DNA of 64,000 bases from Verrucomicrobiia bacterium (GTDB lineage: Bacteria; Verrucomicrobiota; Verrucomicrobiia; Limisphaerales; UBA11358). A program made the position numbers and the translations under genes. A model generated the notes under the pieces. It searched no databases. It was given only the letters and a program-made list of their open reading frames with translations, and was not told the DNA's origin. The stretch is taken from contig DATLVR010000119.1 in assembly GCA_035577265.1 (NCBI GenBank), forward strand, positions 4,353-68,352, read 5' to 3'. Shown here piece by piece: positions 45,603-55,110 of the stretch (positions are counted from its first letter, which is position 1; the number at the start of each line of letters is the position of its first letter).

Positions 45603-48600
45603 TCAGGGCGACACCGTGCGGTAAAAGCACCCACCACTGCTCGGCAGATTCGAGACGATCAATTCCACCACTCCTCCCACTACGTTGGTTGAACTTCCCG
45701 CCACTGCCGCCCAGACAGCGGGAAAGAGGTTGGTAGTCGCTTCGATGTGGTAAGTGAATCCTGGAGTCGCAGCGTAAGTCAGTTGCACCGACCCGTTACC
45801 ATTCACCACCCAACCCAGAATATTTTGTCGTGGAGGACTACCAGCGGGAGAAACTGCGAAGGGCACGCTCAAGGCATTACTGAGTGACGGCGTGCCGCTG
45901 GAAGTGAACCACTTGTTCGTCAGATAATTTTCCACCAGGGTCCGGTCAACGGCGTTTAGTGCAGTATTGTAAACTACCACCTCGGCCACATCTCCATCCC
46001 AACCATTGTCCACGGTGCCGGGTGAAGGTTCAAGGCGGCCGCCGATTGCCACGTCAGTAATGCCGTATTTGTAGGGGTTGATCCCATTGACGATGCTGGC
46101 GCTGTTGCTGCGCGTCAGTCCGGTGGCTTCCGTCAGGAAAAGGGTTGCTGCGCCGGCATTGTCCAAGAAGGTCAACGCGAACGCGGTGTTCAGGGCTGGC
46201 ACAGCGACATCCGCCTGCATGGGGGTGGTTGAGCGGTTGCGTTGGATGCCCAACGGATAGGGAGCGCCTTGGGAACCATCAGCCAGCACCACCACACCGG
46301 CAGTGCTCTTGCCGTCGATCTGGCCAGAGGCGCTGAAACTGACCGGTCCCTGCCAGCCGGTGTTCCCCCGTTCGTTCGCCACGAGGAAATAGGTCATTTG
46401 GCTACCGGTATTCGTGTAGGAATTCTTGCCGGTGTTCCCAAGATAAGTGCAGCCCGGGCCAGTGCCACTGCCATTTTTGCTAAACGTGATCACCGGCTTT
46501 CCGTTCAACTGGTTGGTCAGCCATGGCTGGAGCGTGGCCGTGTTCTGGGTGAACCACAGGTTGGTGCCCGAAACCCCGGCTCCACCATTGCCCTTGTTTT
46601 TCCATGCCTGAACCCGCGTGGCATTAGTTGACAAGGTGTTGGCATCACTGGCGTCCAGCCAGAGCACTGCGCCGGATACCGGATTGCCGGTCGGGCCAGT
46701 CATCGAGGCGACGAGCTGGTTGCCGCTGCCGGCGGTGTTAATGGCCAGATTGCTAAAACTCACAACTCCATTGCTGCCGCTGGTGCCGATGTTGAAATTA
46801 GTGGAGCCCGACAATGTGCCGCTGCCGCTGGTCAATGCGACATTGACGATCAGGCTGGCGGGCAAACCTGTGGTGGCCGGACTCCCAAACGCATCCACGG
46901 TCTTGAGAACCGGTTGCTGGCCGAACGGGATGCCGGCAACCGCCGAGCCGGGCTGGGTGGTAAAAGCCAGCGCCGCCACCGGGCCGATGACCATGAAGGA
47001 ACTGCTGTTGGTCGAAGGTGCGCCGCCGCTCACGGCGGAGGCGGTGAGGGTTTTCGGGCCGGCCTGATTCAAGCTCAAGTCATTGAAATGGGCGATTCCG
47101 CTGCCGTCAGTCAACCGGGTCAGTGTCCCGCTCAAGTTCCCCGTGCCGCTGCCGGGCGACAACGTGATTCCGGCGTTGCCCAGCGGTTGGTTATTGTTGC
47201 CGAAAGCCTGCACCTGAACTTCCGGTGACAGCGTCACGCCTTGGAGCACATTTCCGGGCTGCTGCACGAAGGCCATCCTCTGCAAAAGCGGACTGGAGAA
47301 ACTCGCAGTCTGCGTGATCGGGCCGTTCATGGCGACTGAACTCGCGCCGTTGTTGCCGGAATAGGATCCGCTCCCGCCGCCGATCCAGCTGTCGAAATTA
47401 TAACCGAGGTCAGCTGTCGCACTGATGTTCACACTGGCTCCGCTGTCCTGCCAGCCGCTGGCCGGACTCACGCTGCCGCCCGTTCCGGCGTTCATGGCCA
47501 GATAATATTGCGTCGTGAAGTTCGCCGTATAGTTGGTGCTGGCCAGAGGTGTGACGGTATGCGAAATCGCCCCGCCGTCGCTCCACGAACTCCATGCATC
47601 CTGCACGCCGGCTCCGAGGTTCTGTGGCGAGACGGTGCCGAGGGTGTGGACTGAACCCTGCATCCAGTTGAATGATTGCGCGGTCGTGTAATTGGTGCCA
47701 TCCACCGTGAACGAATGTCCCGCGGGATTGGCTTGGGCGGTCACGGCAATTGGTGTGGTCAGGAAATTAAAAGTAAATGCCGTGCTCTTGTTGATGCAAT
47801 CCGTCGCATACTTGTTGGTTTGCACGGCGACGAGGTTGGTGCCGTTGAGGGACAGGCCGCTCACGCTGATGCTTCCGCTGGCACTGCTATCGGCCAGCAC
47901 ACCGAAGACACCGTCGCAGTAATTGGTGTGATTTGGATAGGGATCCTGAGGGTGATACGGCGGAACCCCGACGGCATAAGTGCGCACCGTTATGCCGCTC
48001 ATGACCGCATCGGTCAGCGTATTGTGGAGGATCTGGACGGCGTAAGACAGGCTGTTGGAGATGTTGATGTTGTTTACGTTGAGTCCCGAGATGGTTTGGC
48101 CGTCCGGGCAGAGCGTGAGCGCGCCGCGCCAGCGCCACCCGGGATCATTACCGCCGCAACGGTTCAGATCACAGCGTTGGGCCGTCATCCCGCGGAACCC
48201 GTTCGTGCCGATCGGAAAGGTGCCGGCGAACAGGATGCCAGCACCGTTGGGGACGTCTTGGAACAAGCAATCCTCGACCCGGTTGCTAACCCCGCCGTAG
48301 ATACCGCAGGTATTGGCAAAAAAGGGTGTCTGTGCGGTGCAGTGGGTAATCACATTATAACCCGCCTGATAGGTCGGCGTGTAGTAGGTCGCAGGCCAGA
48401 TGGCAAAACTGTCATCGCCCGTGTTTCGCGCCGTGCAATTGGTAATGATGGAACTGTTGACGCCTACGCTCAGATTAATCCCGTCCGCGAGCGTGTTGCG
48501 AAACCGGCAGTCCTCAATGACCATGCCCTTGGCGTTGGCAATCCAAGCGCCGGTCTTGGTGTGCTCCACCCAGACCCTCGCGATCGTCGAGTTCGTGCCG

Positions 48601-49547
48601 AAGACTTCACTGAAACCATCATTGGCATACGAGTCATTCCGATTGTTGAGCTTTCCTACGATGGCGAAGTCGGCGAAATGGATGCTGCTTCCAGCGCCAT
48701 TGAACCGAACCCGGCCGCGCTCATTCACATAGGTGGCCGGATTGCCAACGAAAGTGGTGCGCCACATGCCCGCGCCTTGGATGGTCGTGCCGGCGAGGAC
48801 GTTAATGTCACTGGTGACCAGGTAATTCCCGGGAGGAAACCAGATAACACCTCCGCCCGCCACGCAGTTTTGGATGGCGATGGTGTCATCGTTGGTTCCA
48901 TTTCCGGTGGCTCCGCAACTCAGCACGGACTTCGAGCCGGGAGGCTGCGAGAGCGGCGGGGCGATATTCTCCAGATCCACCAGGTCAATCACATAGTACG
49001 AAGCGGAGTCATCCGCATTCACCTGCAGCCGGACATGGTCTCCAGTGCCAATGGACAGATTCATCAAGCGCGCTTCATCGTAGTAATCCCGCGCCTTGCC
49101 ATCGCCCGGGATGTTGGAAAAGGTGTAATTACCGTAAAGCCAGGAATACTTCGAGGTCATTGGAATTTTTTGGACGAAAGCTCCATTCAGATAAAGACTG
49201 AGAGTATAGTCGGCCCCAACTCCATCGGCTGAGTCAGGCACCGAGTAACGCACCACCATCGTGTTAGCCGCCGCTTGGGCGGTGAATTCAACATATTGTC
49301 CGGCGGCGGAAAGTTTCACGCATTGCCTGCCCGAAGATTCCATCTCGACGGTGTTGGTTATCGTCTGGTTTTTGTCCACCGCTCTTGGGGGCGGACCCAG
49401 GATGACGCCGTTGTTCGTCATGGCCTCCGCTTCATACGTGATCCACGGCACGGTCGCACCGGGAAAAGCTGTGGCCTTGCAAAGCGAAATAAACATTGCA
49501 AGTGTGGCGGCGTAAACCAGCCGCATACCGGACATTGCGCGCGGCAT
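45603..49547 (-). CDS. Large secreted multi-domain protein: CBM-like + right-handed beta-helix (pectate-lyase-fold glycosidase-like) + Ig-like repeats + LamG-like domain + C-terminal beta-sandwich module
   Basis: A signal peptide follows MPRAMSGMRLVYAATLAMF. ITYEAEAMTNNG...YVEFTAQ is CBM-like. CGATGNGTNDDTIAIQNCVAGGGVIWFPPGNYLV plus repeated beta-helix rungs follow. TTQPGSAVAGIPFGQQPVLKTVDAFGSP belongs to Big-like repeats. VLWLDASDANTL...QAWKNKGNGG...DVAEVVVYNTAL is LamG-like. The C-terminus reads ...TYHIEATTNL...FYRTVSP. Confidence 0.8.
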   Translation of the reverse strand: MPRAMSGMRLVYAATLAMFISLCKATAFPGATVPWITYEAEAMTNNGVILGPPPRAVDKNQTITNTVEMESSGRQCVKLSAAGQYVEFTAQAAANTMVVRYSVPDSADGVGADYTLSLYLNGAFVQKIPMTSKYSWLYGNYTFSNIPGDGKARDYYDEARLMNLSIGTGDHVRLQVNADDSASYYVIDLVDLENIAPPLSQPPGSKSVLSCGATGNGTNDDTIAIQNCVAGGGVIWFPPGNYLVTSDINVLAGTTIQGAGMWRTTFVGNPATYVNERGRVRFNGAGSSIHFADFAIVGKLNNRNDSYANDGFSEVFGTNSTIARVWVEHTKTGAWIANAKGMVIEDCRFRNTLADGINLSVGVNSSIITNCTARNTGDDSFAIWPATYYTPTYQAGYNVITHCTAQTPFFANTCGIYGGVSNRVEDCLFQDVPNGAGILFAGTFPIGTNGFRGMTAQRCDLNRCGGNDPGWRWRGALTLCPDGQTISGLNVNNINISNSLSYAVQILHNTLTDAVMSGITVRTYAVGVPPYHPQDPYPNHTNYCDGVFGVLADSSASGSISVSGLSLNGTNLVAVQTNKYATDCINKSTAFTFNFLTTPIAVTAQANPAGHSFTVDGTNYTTAQSFNWMQGSVHTLGTVSPQNLGAGVQDAWSSWSDGGAISHTVTPLASTNYTANFTTQYYLAMNAGTGGSVSPASGWQDSGASVNISATADLGYNFDSWIGGGSGSYSGNNGASSVAMNGPITQTASFSSPLLQRMAFVQQPGNVLQGVTLSPEVQVQAFGNNNQPLGNAGITLSPGSGTGNLSGTLTRLTDGSGIAHFNDLSLNQAGPKTLTASAVSGGAPSTNSSSFMVIGPVAALAFTTQPGSAVAGIPFGQQPVLKTVDAFGSPATTGLPASLIVNVALTSGSGTLSGSTNFNIGTSGSNGVVSFSNLAINTAGSGNQLVASMTGPTGNPVSGAVLWLDASDANTLSTNATRVQAWKNKGNGGAGVSGTNLWFTQNTATLQPWLTNQLNGKPVITFSKNGSGTGPGCTYLGNTGKNSYTNTGSQMTYFLVANERGNTGWQGPVSFSASGQIDGKSTAGVVVLADGSQGAPYPLGIQRNRSTTPMQADVAVPALNTAFALTFLDNAGAATLFLTEATGLTRSNSASIVNGINPYKYGITDVAIGGRLEPSPGTVDNGWDGDVAEVVVYNTALNAVDRTLVENYLTNKWFTSSGTPSLSNALSVPFAVSPAGSPPRQNILGWVVNGNGSVQLTYAATPGFTYHIEATTNLFPAVWAAVAGSSTNVVGGVVELIVSNLPSSGGCFYRTVSP

Positions 49548-49720
49548 TTTAGACGGCTCGTTGAAGTGAAGATTTGTATGCATACATCCAGCTAAGGCGT
49601 GGTCATCTTTTATAATACAGACTGCTTCCGGGAGATTTGGATTGGCATAAGCCATCGTTGTATTGTCTGTTTGGGACTTCTTGACATGTTGAACTTTAGC
49701 CGGGTTTCTGCCTTGCAACT

Positions 49721-49739
49721 AGTCGCATGAAGCGGTTAC
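49721..49739 (-). promoter_or_regulatory. Conserved 19-nt upstream motif, copy f (gene orientation GTAACCGCTTCATGCGACT)
   Basis: This is one of six copies of GT[CA][GA]CC-NN-[TA]TCATG[CT]GACT. It lies 174 nt upstream of the 49547 start of the beta-helix protein gene. Confidence 0.6.
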
Positions 49740-49838
49740 AGAGCCGAAACAATGGAAATGTCTACAACCCAGGCCGTCGGTGTAACCGGTTTATGCGACT
49801 GACGGCAGTTATAGATTCGGGCTAAACTATTCACATTT

Positions 49839-50963
49839 ATGGAACCACAGCGCCACGAGCAAAAGTCACATCATTCAATGGCAAATGCGGCAGATGTGCA
49901 TCCCGGAAGTCATCCCGTGGTGCGAGCCGCCGTGCCGGTATTTCGCCAATCGGCACTCGTCGGCTGCGGATTGCCAATCCACGACACAACCAGCTGGGAG
50001 CCTGCGCTGCCGTGGGCGGGGAGTTGCGGGGACCTCCCCCGATGCACCCGGATCTGGGCCGGTCGCTCCTGGAAAAAGGCCTTCACCCTGATCGAACTGC
50101 TGGTGGTGATTGCCATCATTGCCATTTTGGCCGCCATGCTGCTTCCCGCACTCTCGCGGGCAAAGGATCGAGCACTGGGGGCTGGTTGCTTGAGTAACAC
50201 CAGGCAAATCGCCATCGGGGTCACTCTGTATGCAGGCGATAACCTCGACGTGTTTCCCATGCCCAACCCGTGGTGGTCGCCTGGTCCTTATTTGAATTCT
50301 GCCGGCAAGAAGTGTGGCGGAGAATGGAACGCCAGGCCGCCGTCCGCAGCCCAGCCTGACGGACAACCCAACACCATCGCGCCGATGATCAAGAGCTACA
50401 CCGGGAATCCGCGCGTATGGGTTTGTCCTAAACGAAAGCGAGGACTGACCTACACCACTGAACCTGGAAATTTCGACCCGAGCTATACCGGCCTGCTTTC
50501 CTACGGATTCAATCAATGCAGTGTCTTTGGCCAGGTAAGCTCATCCGGGTCCATGAAGGTTCCGCCCATTCAATTTAAATCGGCCAACGTGCCTCGCCCA
50601 TCGGACGTGGTCAGTTGTTGTGACATTAGCGGAATGAACGATCCCAATATCGCGGGAACCGCCACGGCCTCGTCCGATGCGGCCTGGCTGGACGGCGTCT
50701 GGGCGGGCAATTCCGGCACGGTAGGCGCCCCGATGAATTTTCGGGTGCAAACCGCCTACGCCAAACACAACAGCCGTCTGAACTTCATCTACGTGGACGC
50801 CCACGCCGCCGCCTCAAAGCCCAGCCAAATCACTTGGGGCCAGTTCTTCGGAGTGTTTGGTTCCGGCATCACCATCAACACTTCCGGCTCTCCTGTGAAG
50901 TCTGACGATTCTATCAGCGTGCCATCGCTTGACAGTGTGGAATGGTCTTCTCAACCTGAATAA
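49839..50963 (+). CDS. Prepilin-type N-terminal cleavage/methylation-domain protein (H-X9-D[GA] family); start codon uncertain
   Basis: [30 protein letters not shown] and [21 protein letters not shown] are present, and the C-terminus reads [10 protein letters not shown]. The first ATG gives an 80-aa leader. An in-frame TTG at 49971 would give a leader of about 35 aa, like the paralogues. Confidence 0.8.
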   Translation: MEPQRHEQKSHHSMANAADVHPGSHPVVRAAVPVFRQSALVGCGLPIHDTTSWEPALPWAGSCGDLPRCTRIWAGRSWKKAFTLIELLVVIAIIAILAAMLLPALSRAKDRALGAGCLSNTRQIAIGVTLYAGDNLDVFPMPNPWWSPGPYLNSAGKKCGGEWNARPPSAAQPDGQPNTIAPMIKSYTGNPRVWVCPKRKRGLTYTTEPGNFDPSYTGLLSYGFNQCSVFGQVSSSGSMKVPPIQFKSANVPRPSDVVSCCDISGMNDPNIAGTATASSDAAWLDGVWAGNSGTVGAPMNFRVQTAYAKHNSRLNFIYVDAHAAASKPSQITWGQFFGVFGSGITINTSGSPVKSDDSISVPSLDSVEWSSQPE

Positions 50964-51115
50964 ACAGCCCGCCTCCCGTAACGTTTGGTAAGGACATTAT
51001 CCACCGGTGTCCTTCCGGAAAGGTCTAGTCTAAAGGTTGGCCTCAAGCAATTAACCCACTGGCCGTGCAATTAAATATGGTTTGACAAACACACTGGGCC
51101 GGGTGTGATGGCAGA

Positions 51116-52042
51116 TCATTCCCAGGCATTATCAATCAGCCAATTAATATCGGCGGTGGGTGGTTGTGGAATGTTTTGATCGTGGACGCCATAGCCGCCA
51201 GTTCTTTTGGGCGCTCCCAACAGCCATGAGTCCGTCCACTTGTGGCGATCGGAATGGCCATCTGCAAAATTAAATATAGTGGAATTATTATGATAAAATC
51301 CCGGGATGTCATAAAGCATCTTCTTTTGCATATCGATGTAGAACCCGCCATCATTGATGGACACTGAATCTTCATCCAGCATGACAAATTTGTCGGACGG
51401 TCTTTTGATTTGAGTGCTTTTTTTATAGGTCCACGAATCTGGATCGGTCGCTCCCGTAGGTTGTCCCGTTGATCCGGGATAATGCATGAAATATGCCTTG
51501 TTTTTGCTGGCATCAATGCCTTCGCCCATGGCCCCATTCATGGAATAGCTGCGAACCCGTTGATTTCCGGCACTGTCAGGCAGAATATCTCCGGGGCATT
51601 TATAAACCCTGGGGTTTTTAGTATAAGTGGCCAGCTTCGCATAATTGTCGTCAGTTAATAACAATGAGTTGGTATTGTCCGGATTAAAGATAACGCTTAA
51701 AACCCCTGAAACCCAGCTGTTGTTGACCGGCGGAACCACCGGCGCGCCGTTGCCATAGTTGGGAGGCAGCTTTTCAATATTGTCGCCGCTATACATCACC
51801 CAGGCCAGGCCCAACTGCCGGCAATTGTTGAGGCACTGAATCGTCTGTGCCCTTTGCTTGGCTTTGGACAAAGCCGGAAGAAGCATTGCCGCCAGAATTG
51901 CAATAATCGCGATAACGACCAACAACTCAATCAATGTGAAGGCCGACTTCACAGAAGTCCCCCCAAGACTGTTCGTGGAAAAACGTAAAAGCGGGCCCGG
52001 GGATTTAAGCCGGTCGATTCTGGCGATCATTTTTCGGTTCAT
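51116..52042 (-). CDS. Prepilin-type N-terminal methylation-domain protein, DUF1559 / H-X9-DG family
   Basis: [34 protein letters not shown] and [20 protein letters not shown] (H-X9-DG) are present. Confidence 0.9.
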   Translation of the reverse strand: MNRKMIARIDRLKSPGPLLRFSTNSLGGTSVKSAFTLIELLVVIAIIAILAAMLLPALSKAKQRAQTIQCLNNCRQLGLAWVMYSGDNIEKLPPNYGNGAPVVPPVNNSWVSGVLSVIFNPDNTNSLLLTDDNYAKLATYTKNPRVYKCPGDILPDSAGNQRVRSYSMNGAMGEGIDASKNKAYFMHYPGSTGQPTGATDPDSWTYKKSTQIKRPSDKFVMLDEDSVSINDGGFYIDMQKKMLYDIPGFYHNNSTIFNFADGHSDRHKWTDSWLLGAPKRTGGYGVHDQNIPQPPTADINWLIDNAWE

Positions 52043-52136
52043 AATTTCTTTTAGTTACAAACTCCATCGGTATAAAACGAACACGTGAAACTTCTGGATT
52101 TATTGGTTCATGATAACCAATTTTTCCAATCTCCAT

Positions 52137-52155
52137 AGTCGCATGAAGTGGCGAC
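52137..52155 (-). promoter_or_regulatory. Conserved 19-nt upstream motif, copy d (GTCGCCACTTCATGCGACT)
   Basis: It lies 95 nt upstream of the 52042 start and contains a perfect GTCGC-N8-GCGAC inverted repeat. Confidence 0.6.
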
Positions 52156-52281
52156 CGGCAAAGGCCCGGTATAATCTTGTCTGTTAAATTAGACCAAACA
52201 CAGGGCGAACCGACAGAAGAGTCGCTTTCATAAATGGCTCAGAGGGCTCGTAGGCACACATCCATTAAGCGCCCACAGGAA

Positions 52282-53235
52282 CTATTCTGGTGTGGAAGAC
52301 CATTCCACGCTGTCCTTGTCTGGGGTGCTGATCGGCGTGTTTGAGTTATGTGAAGCTCCCGAAGGGGACATGATGGTAACGACGGAGTCAAGGTTTCCGC
52401 TAAAGTTTCCCCACAAGAGAGCGCTTGGCTTCGAGGCAGCGCAATGCCCGTCCACATAAAGAACATTGACCCGGCTGCTGTGTTTTGCATAAGCGGTCTG
52501 AAGGCGGCAGTCTGAAATCCCGGGGCTGTTAGGGCCGGAAGTTCCCGACCAATAGGTATCCAGCCAGCATCCACCGGCACCACTAGCCGGATCATTTGAA
52601 CCACTGATATCGGTGCTCACCACTAGATCAGACGGCTTTGAAACACTGGTAGATTTAAACGGTTTGGCATTGAGCATATTGCCGCTCGGATCAATTGAGC
52701 CAAATATGCCCAATTGATTGAAACCATAGGATAAAAAGCCCGTAATGCTTGGATCCCATTCTCCGGGGATGGTTTTGCAAGTAAGCCCGCGCTTGCGCTT
52801 TTGGCACACCCAGACTTTGTTGTTGGGAATATAAGCTGTCAACATGGGAGCCGGTGTGTTGGCATTAATGTTTACGCCGGTGCCCTTCCATTCCCCCCCG
52901 CAAGTTTGTCCATTTGCGTTTACATAGGGTCCTGCCGTCCACCACAGGTTGGGCTGCGGGAAAAAATTCCCATTGTCATCGGCATACATGGCGATGCCGA
53001 GCCCGATCTGTTTGGTGTTGCTCAAGCAAGCTACGGCCAGCCCCTTGTCCTTGGCCTTGGCCAAAGCTGGCAACAGCATGGCCGCCAGAATGGCAATAAT
53101 CGCGATCACAACAAGCAACTCAATCAGGGTGAAGGCCGATTTCAACGGCTTCGCATTGACGCCGTTTCGGGGGAAATGCGAAGAAACGCCTGGCAATTTA
53201 TACTGGTCAACCGGGGTGATTCTTTTACCGTTCAT
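52282..53235 (-). CDS. Prepilin-type N-terminal methylation-domain protein (H-X9-DG), paralogue of 49839..50963
   Basis: [30 protein letters not shown] and [21 protein letters not shown] are present, and the C-terminus reads [10 protein letters not shown]. It is collinear with the 49839 protein ([10 protein letters not shown] / [10 protein letters not shown]). Confidence 0.9.
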   Translation of the reverse strand: MNGKRITPVDQYKLPGVSSHFPRNGVNAKPLKSAFTLIELLVVIAIIAILAAMLLPALAKAKDKGLAVACLSNTKQIGLGIAMYADDNGNFFPQPNLWWTAGPYVNANGQTCGGEWKGTGVNINANTPAPMLTAYIPNNKVWVCQKRKRGLTCKTIPGEWDPSITGFLSYGFNQLGIFGSIDPSGNMLNAKPFKSTSVSKPSDLVVSTDISGSNDPASGAGGCWLDTYWSGTSGPNSPGISDCRLQTAYAKHSSRVNVLYVDGHCAASKPSALLWGNFSGNLDSVVTIMSPSGASHNSNTPISTPDKDSVEWSSTPE

Positions 53236-53345
53236 ATATTTTTTTCTGTAAACTCAATGCCCAAACTGCGGCATAAAAAGACGGGTGTTAATGCACAGGA
53301 GGATTGATTTCTGCCACATTAAACACGAGTCTCACAAATTTCAAA

Positions 53346-53364
53346 AGTCGCATGAAGTGGTTAC
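53346..53364 (-). promoter_or_regulatory. Conserved 19-nt upstream motif, copy e (GTAACCACTTCATGCGACT)
   Basis: It lies 111 nt upstream of the 53235 start. Confidence 0.6.
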
Positions 53365-53551
53365 ATGGCGAAGCGGGTTGAAGTCCTCGCCAAAACACGT
53401 TACTGCCACTGGCGCAAGCGGGAGCGATTCTGAAGTCATGAGAGGCCCCCAAATTAATCATATGGCCGGAAACATTTTCCAGATCAGACTTTGTCGGTGG
53501 AGGTTTCCATCTGCGTTGGTTGAGGTCGCGGTCAAGTGTGAGGTCTATAGT

Positions 53552-53570
53552 GTCGCCGTTTCATGCGACT
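53552..53570 (+). promoter_or_regulatory. Conserved 19-nt upstream motif, copy a (GTCGCCGTTTCATGCGACT)
   Basis: It lies 80 nt upstream of the 53650 start and contains a perfect GTCGC-N8-GCGAC inverted repeat. It is divergent to copy e in the same intergenic region. Confidence 0.6.
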
Positions 53571-53649
53571 ACCACCCGATGCGGCTTAGTCATATTGTAT
53601 CGCAAATCTCCTTGCGTACCTCCAACAATAAACCCCAGCTAACAAACAA

Positions 53650-54999
53650 ATGAAAATAAAACAAGCTCCTGCCATGTTCACAGTTCTGGCGGCTCTGTTT
53701 CTAGTCGCGAACGGCCACACGGCAACTATCACCGCTACCGGCAGTGGCAATTGGTCTTCCACAACGCCAGATGCGCCATGGCCGGGTGGATTGGTGCCGT
53801 CATCAACCGACAATGTAACGGTCAATACGCCCAATAATGTGACTGTGGATGCGGTTCAGACTATTGATTATATCGCCGGCAGCGGCACGGTTACCATGGC
53901 GGTTGGGGCCACGCTCAACGTCACTGGCACCACCGGCGGCACCGGAATTACAGTCGCAACCTTGAATGCTTCTGCCACGGACAGCACAGTTGATTATCAG
54001 GGCAACGCCTATTTTACGAAATATACGACCTATTACAATCTAAAATGGAGTAATTATGGCGGACCGTTTGCCAACCTGCCGCTGACTGTTCTCAAAGATT
54101 TCACCATGACCGGATTCATCAACGGACAAGCTGGCGGCGGTGGCGGACTCACCGTCGGCGGCGACTTCATCGTTGGTGCCAACGTCGTCAAGTGGGATAT
54201 TTCTTGCGAGCCTTGCACCGTGGCCGGCAACACGATTATCGGAGGCAAACTGCTAATCGGGTGCGGCAGTGGTGCCACCGCCAGCTTCCACCATGTAACA
54301 GTCAACTCCGGCGGGACTTTTGACTTGGGTGATACAATCCGCGCCACCATCAGTGGAAATTTGACGAATAATGGAACCATAACGGGCACCGGTCATGCCA
54401 GCATCAATTTTACCGGCAATGGTCAAATCACCGGCAGCAGCCCGCTTTCACCTCCCACCGTGGCATTTAAGGGAACAACCACCGTTCTTGACGCGTTAAA
54501 CCTTACCTTTACCCCGGATTTTATTGGAACAGTGGTGTTTGACCTGGCGAACCCGCAACTGGTGACCTGCGCCAATACACTGTATTTTGGCAATGCGCTA
54601 ACTGTCATCAATACCGGTGGCGCACTGACGACTGGCAGTAGCTATCAGCTTTTCAGCGCTCCGAGTTACAACGACCCCTACACGTTCGCAACCATCAATT
54701 TACCGAGTCTCGCTCCGGGCCTCAGTTGGGTCAGCAACACTTTGACCACCAGCGGGTCAATTTCCATCACCGGCACCGCCAGCGGCGGCAAGCCTGTCAT
54801 CAGCCTGCTTAACAGTGGCGGCAGCCTGACTTTGTCGTGGGACAGCACCACTTTCCCGGGCTACACGGTTCAGGCTCAAACGAACAGCGCCAGCGCGGGG
54901 CTTGGTAATAACTGGGTAGACACGGGCAGCGGCACTCCGTATATCGTCCCGATCAGCCTCTCCAGTCCGTCAGTGTTCTTCCGTTTGGCTCACCCTTGA
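53650..54999 (+). CDS. Secreted beta-strand-repeat (autotransporter-associated-repeat-like) protein with conserved C-terminal ...FFRLAHP module
   Basis: The signal peptide reads MKIKQAPAMFTVLAALFLVANG. ATITATGSGNWSS follows. The body is Gly/Thr/Asn-rich parallel-beta repeats. The C-terminus reads LTLSWDSTTFPGYTVQAQTNS...VFFRLAHP. Confidence 0.8.
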   Translation: MKIKQAPAMFTVLAALFLVANGHTATITATGSGNWSSTTPDAPWPGGLVPSSTDNVTVNTPNNVTVDAVQTIDYIAGSGTVTMAVGATLNVTGTTGGTGITVATLNASATDSTVDYQGNAYFTKYTTYYNLKWSNYGGPFANLPLTVLKDFTMTGFINGQAGGGGGLTVGGDFIVGANVVKWDISCEPCTVAGNTIIGGKLLIGCGSGATASFHHVTVNSGGTFDLGDTIRATISGNLTNNGTITGTGHASINFTGNGQITGSSPLSPPTVAFKGTTTVLDALNLTFTPDFIGTVVFDLANPQLVTCANTLYFGNALTVINTGGALTTGSSYQLFSAPSYNDPYTFATINLPSLAPGLSWVSNTLTTSGSISITGTASGGKPVISLLNSGGSLTLSWDSTTFPGYTVQAQTNSASAGLGNNWVDTGSGTPYIVPISLSSPSVFFRLAHP

Positions 55000-55110
55000 C
55001 GAATTTAAATCCACGGCGGGTGTGCAGAATCAGGCGCGCCCGCTGTTCTCATATTGATCAAACATTCAAACAACCCCAGGCAATCAGCCCAAAACTCAAA
55101 CATTTAAACC

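Noticed and set aside
47676-49232. A 518-aa plus-strand ORF lies inside the beta-helix protein gene.
   Set aside because: It is antisense to a strongly supported minus-strand CDS, and its translation has no recognisable domain and a biased composition.
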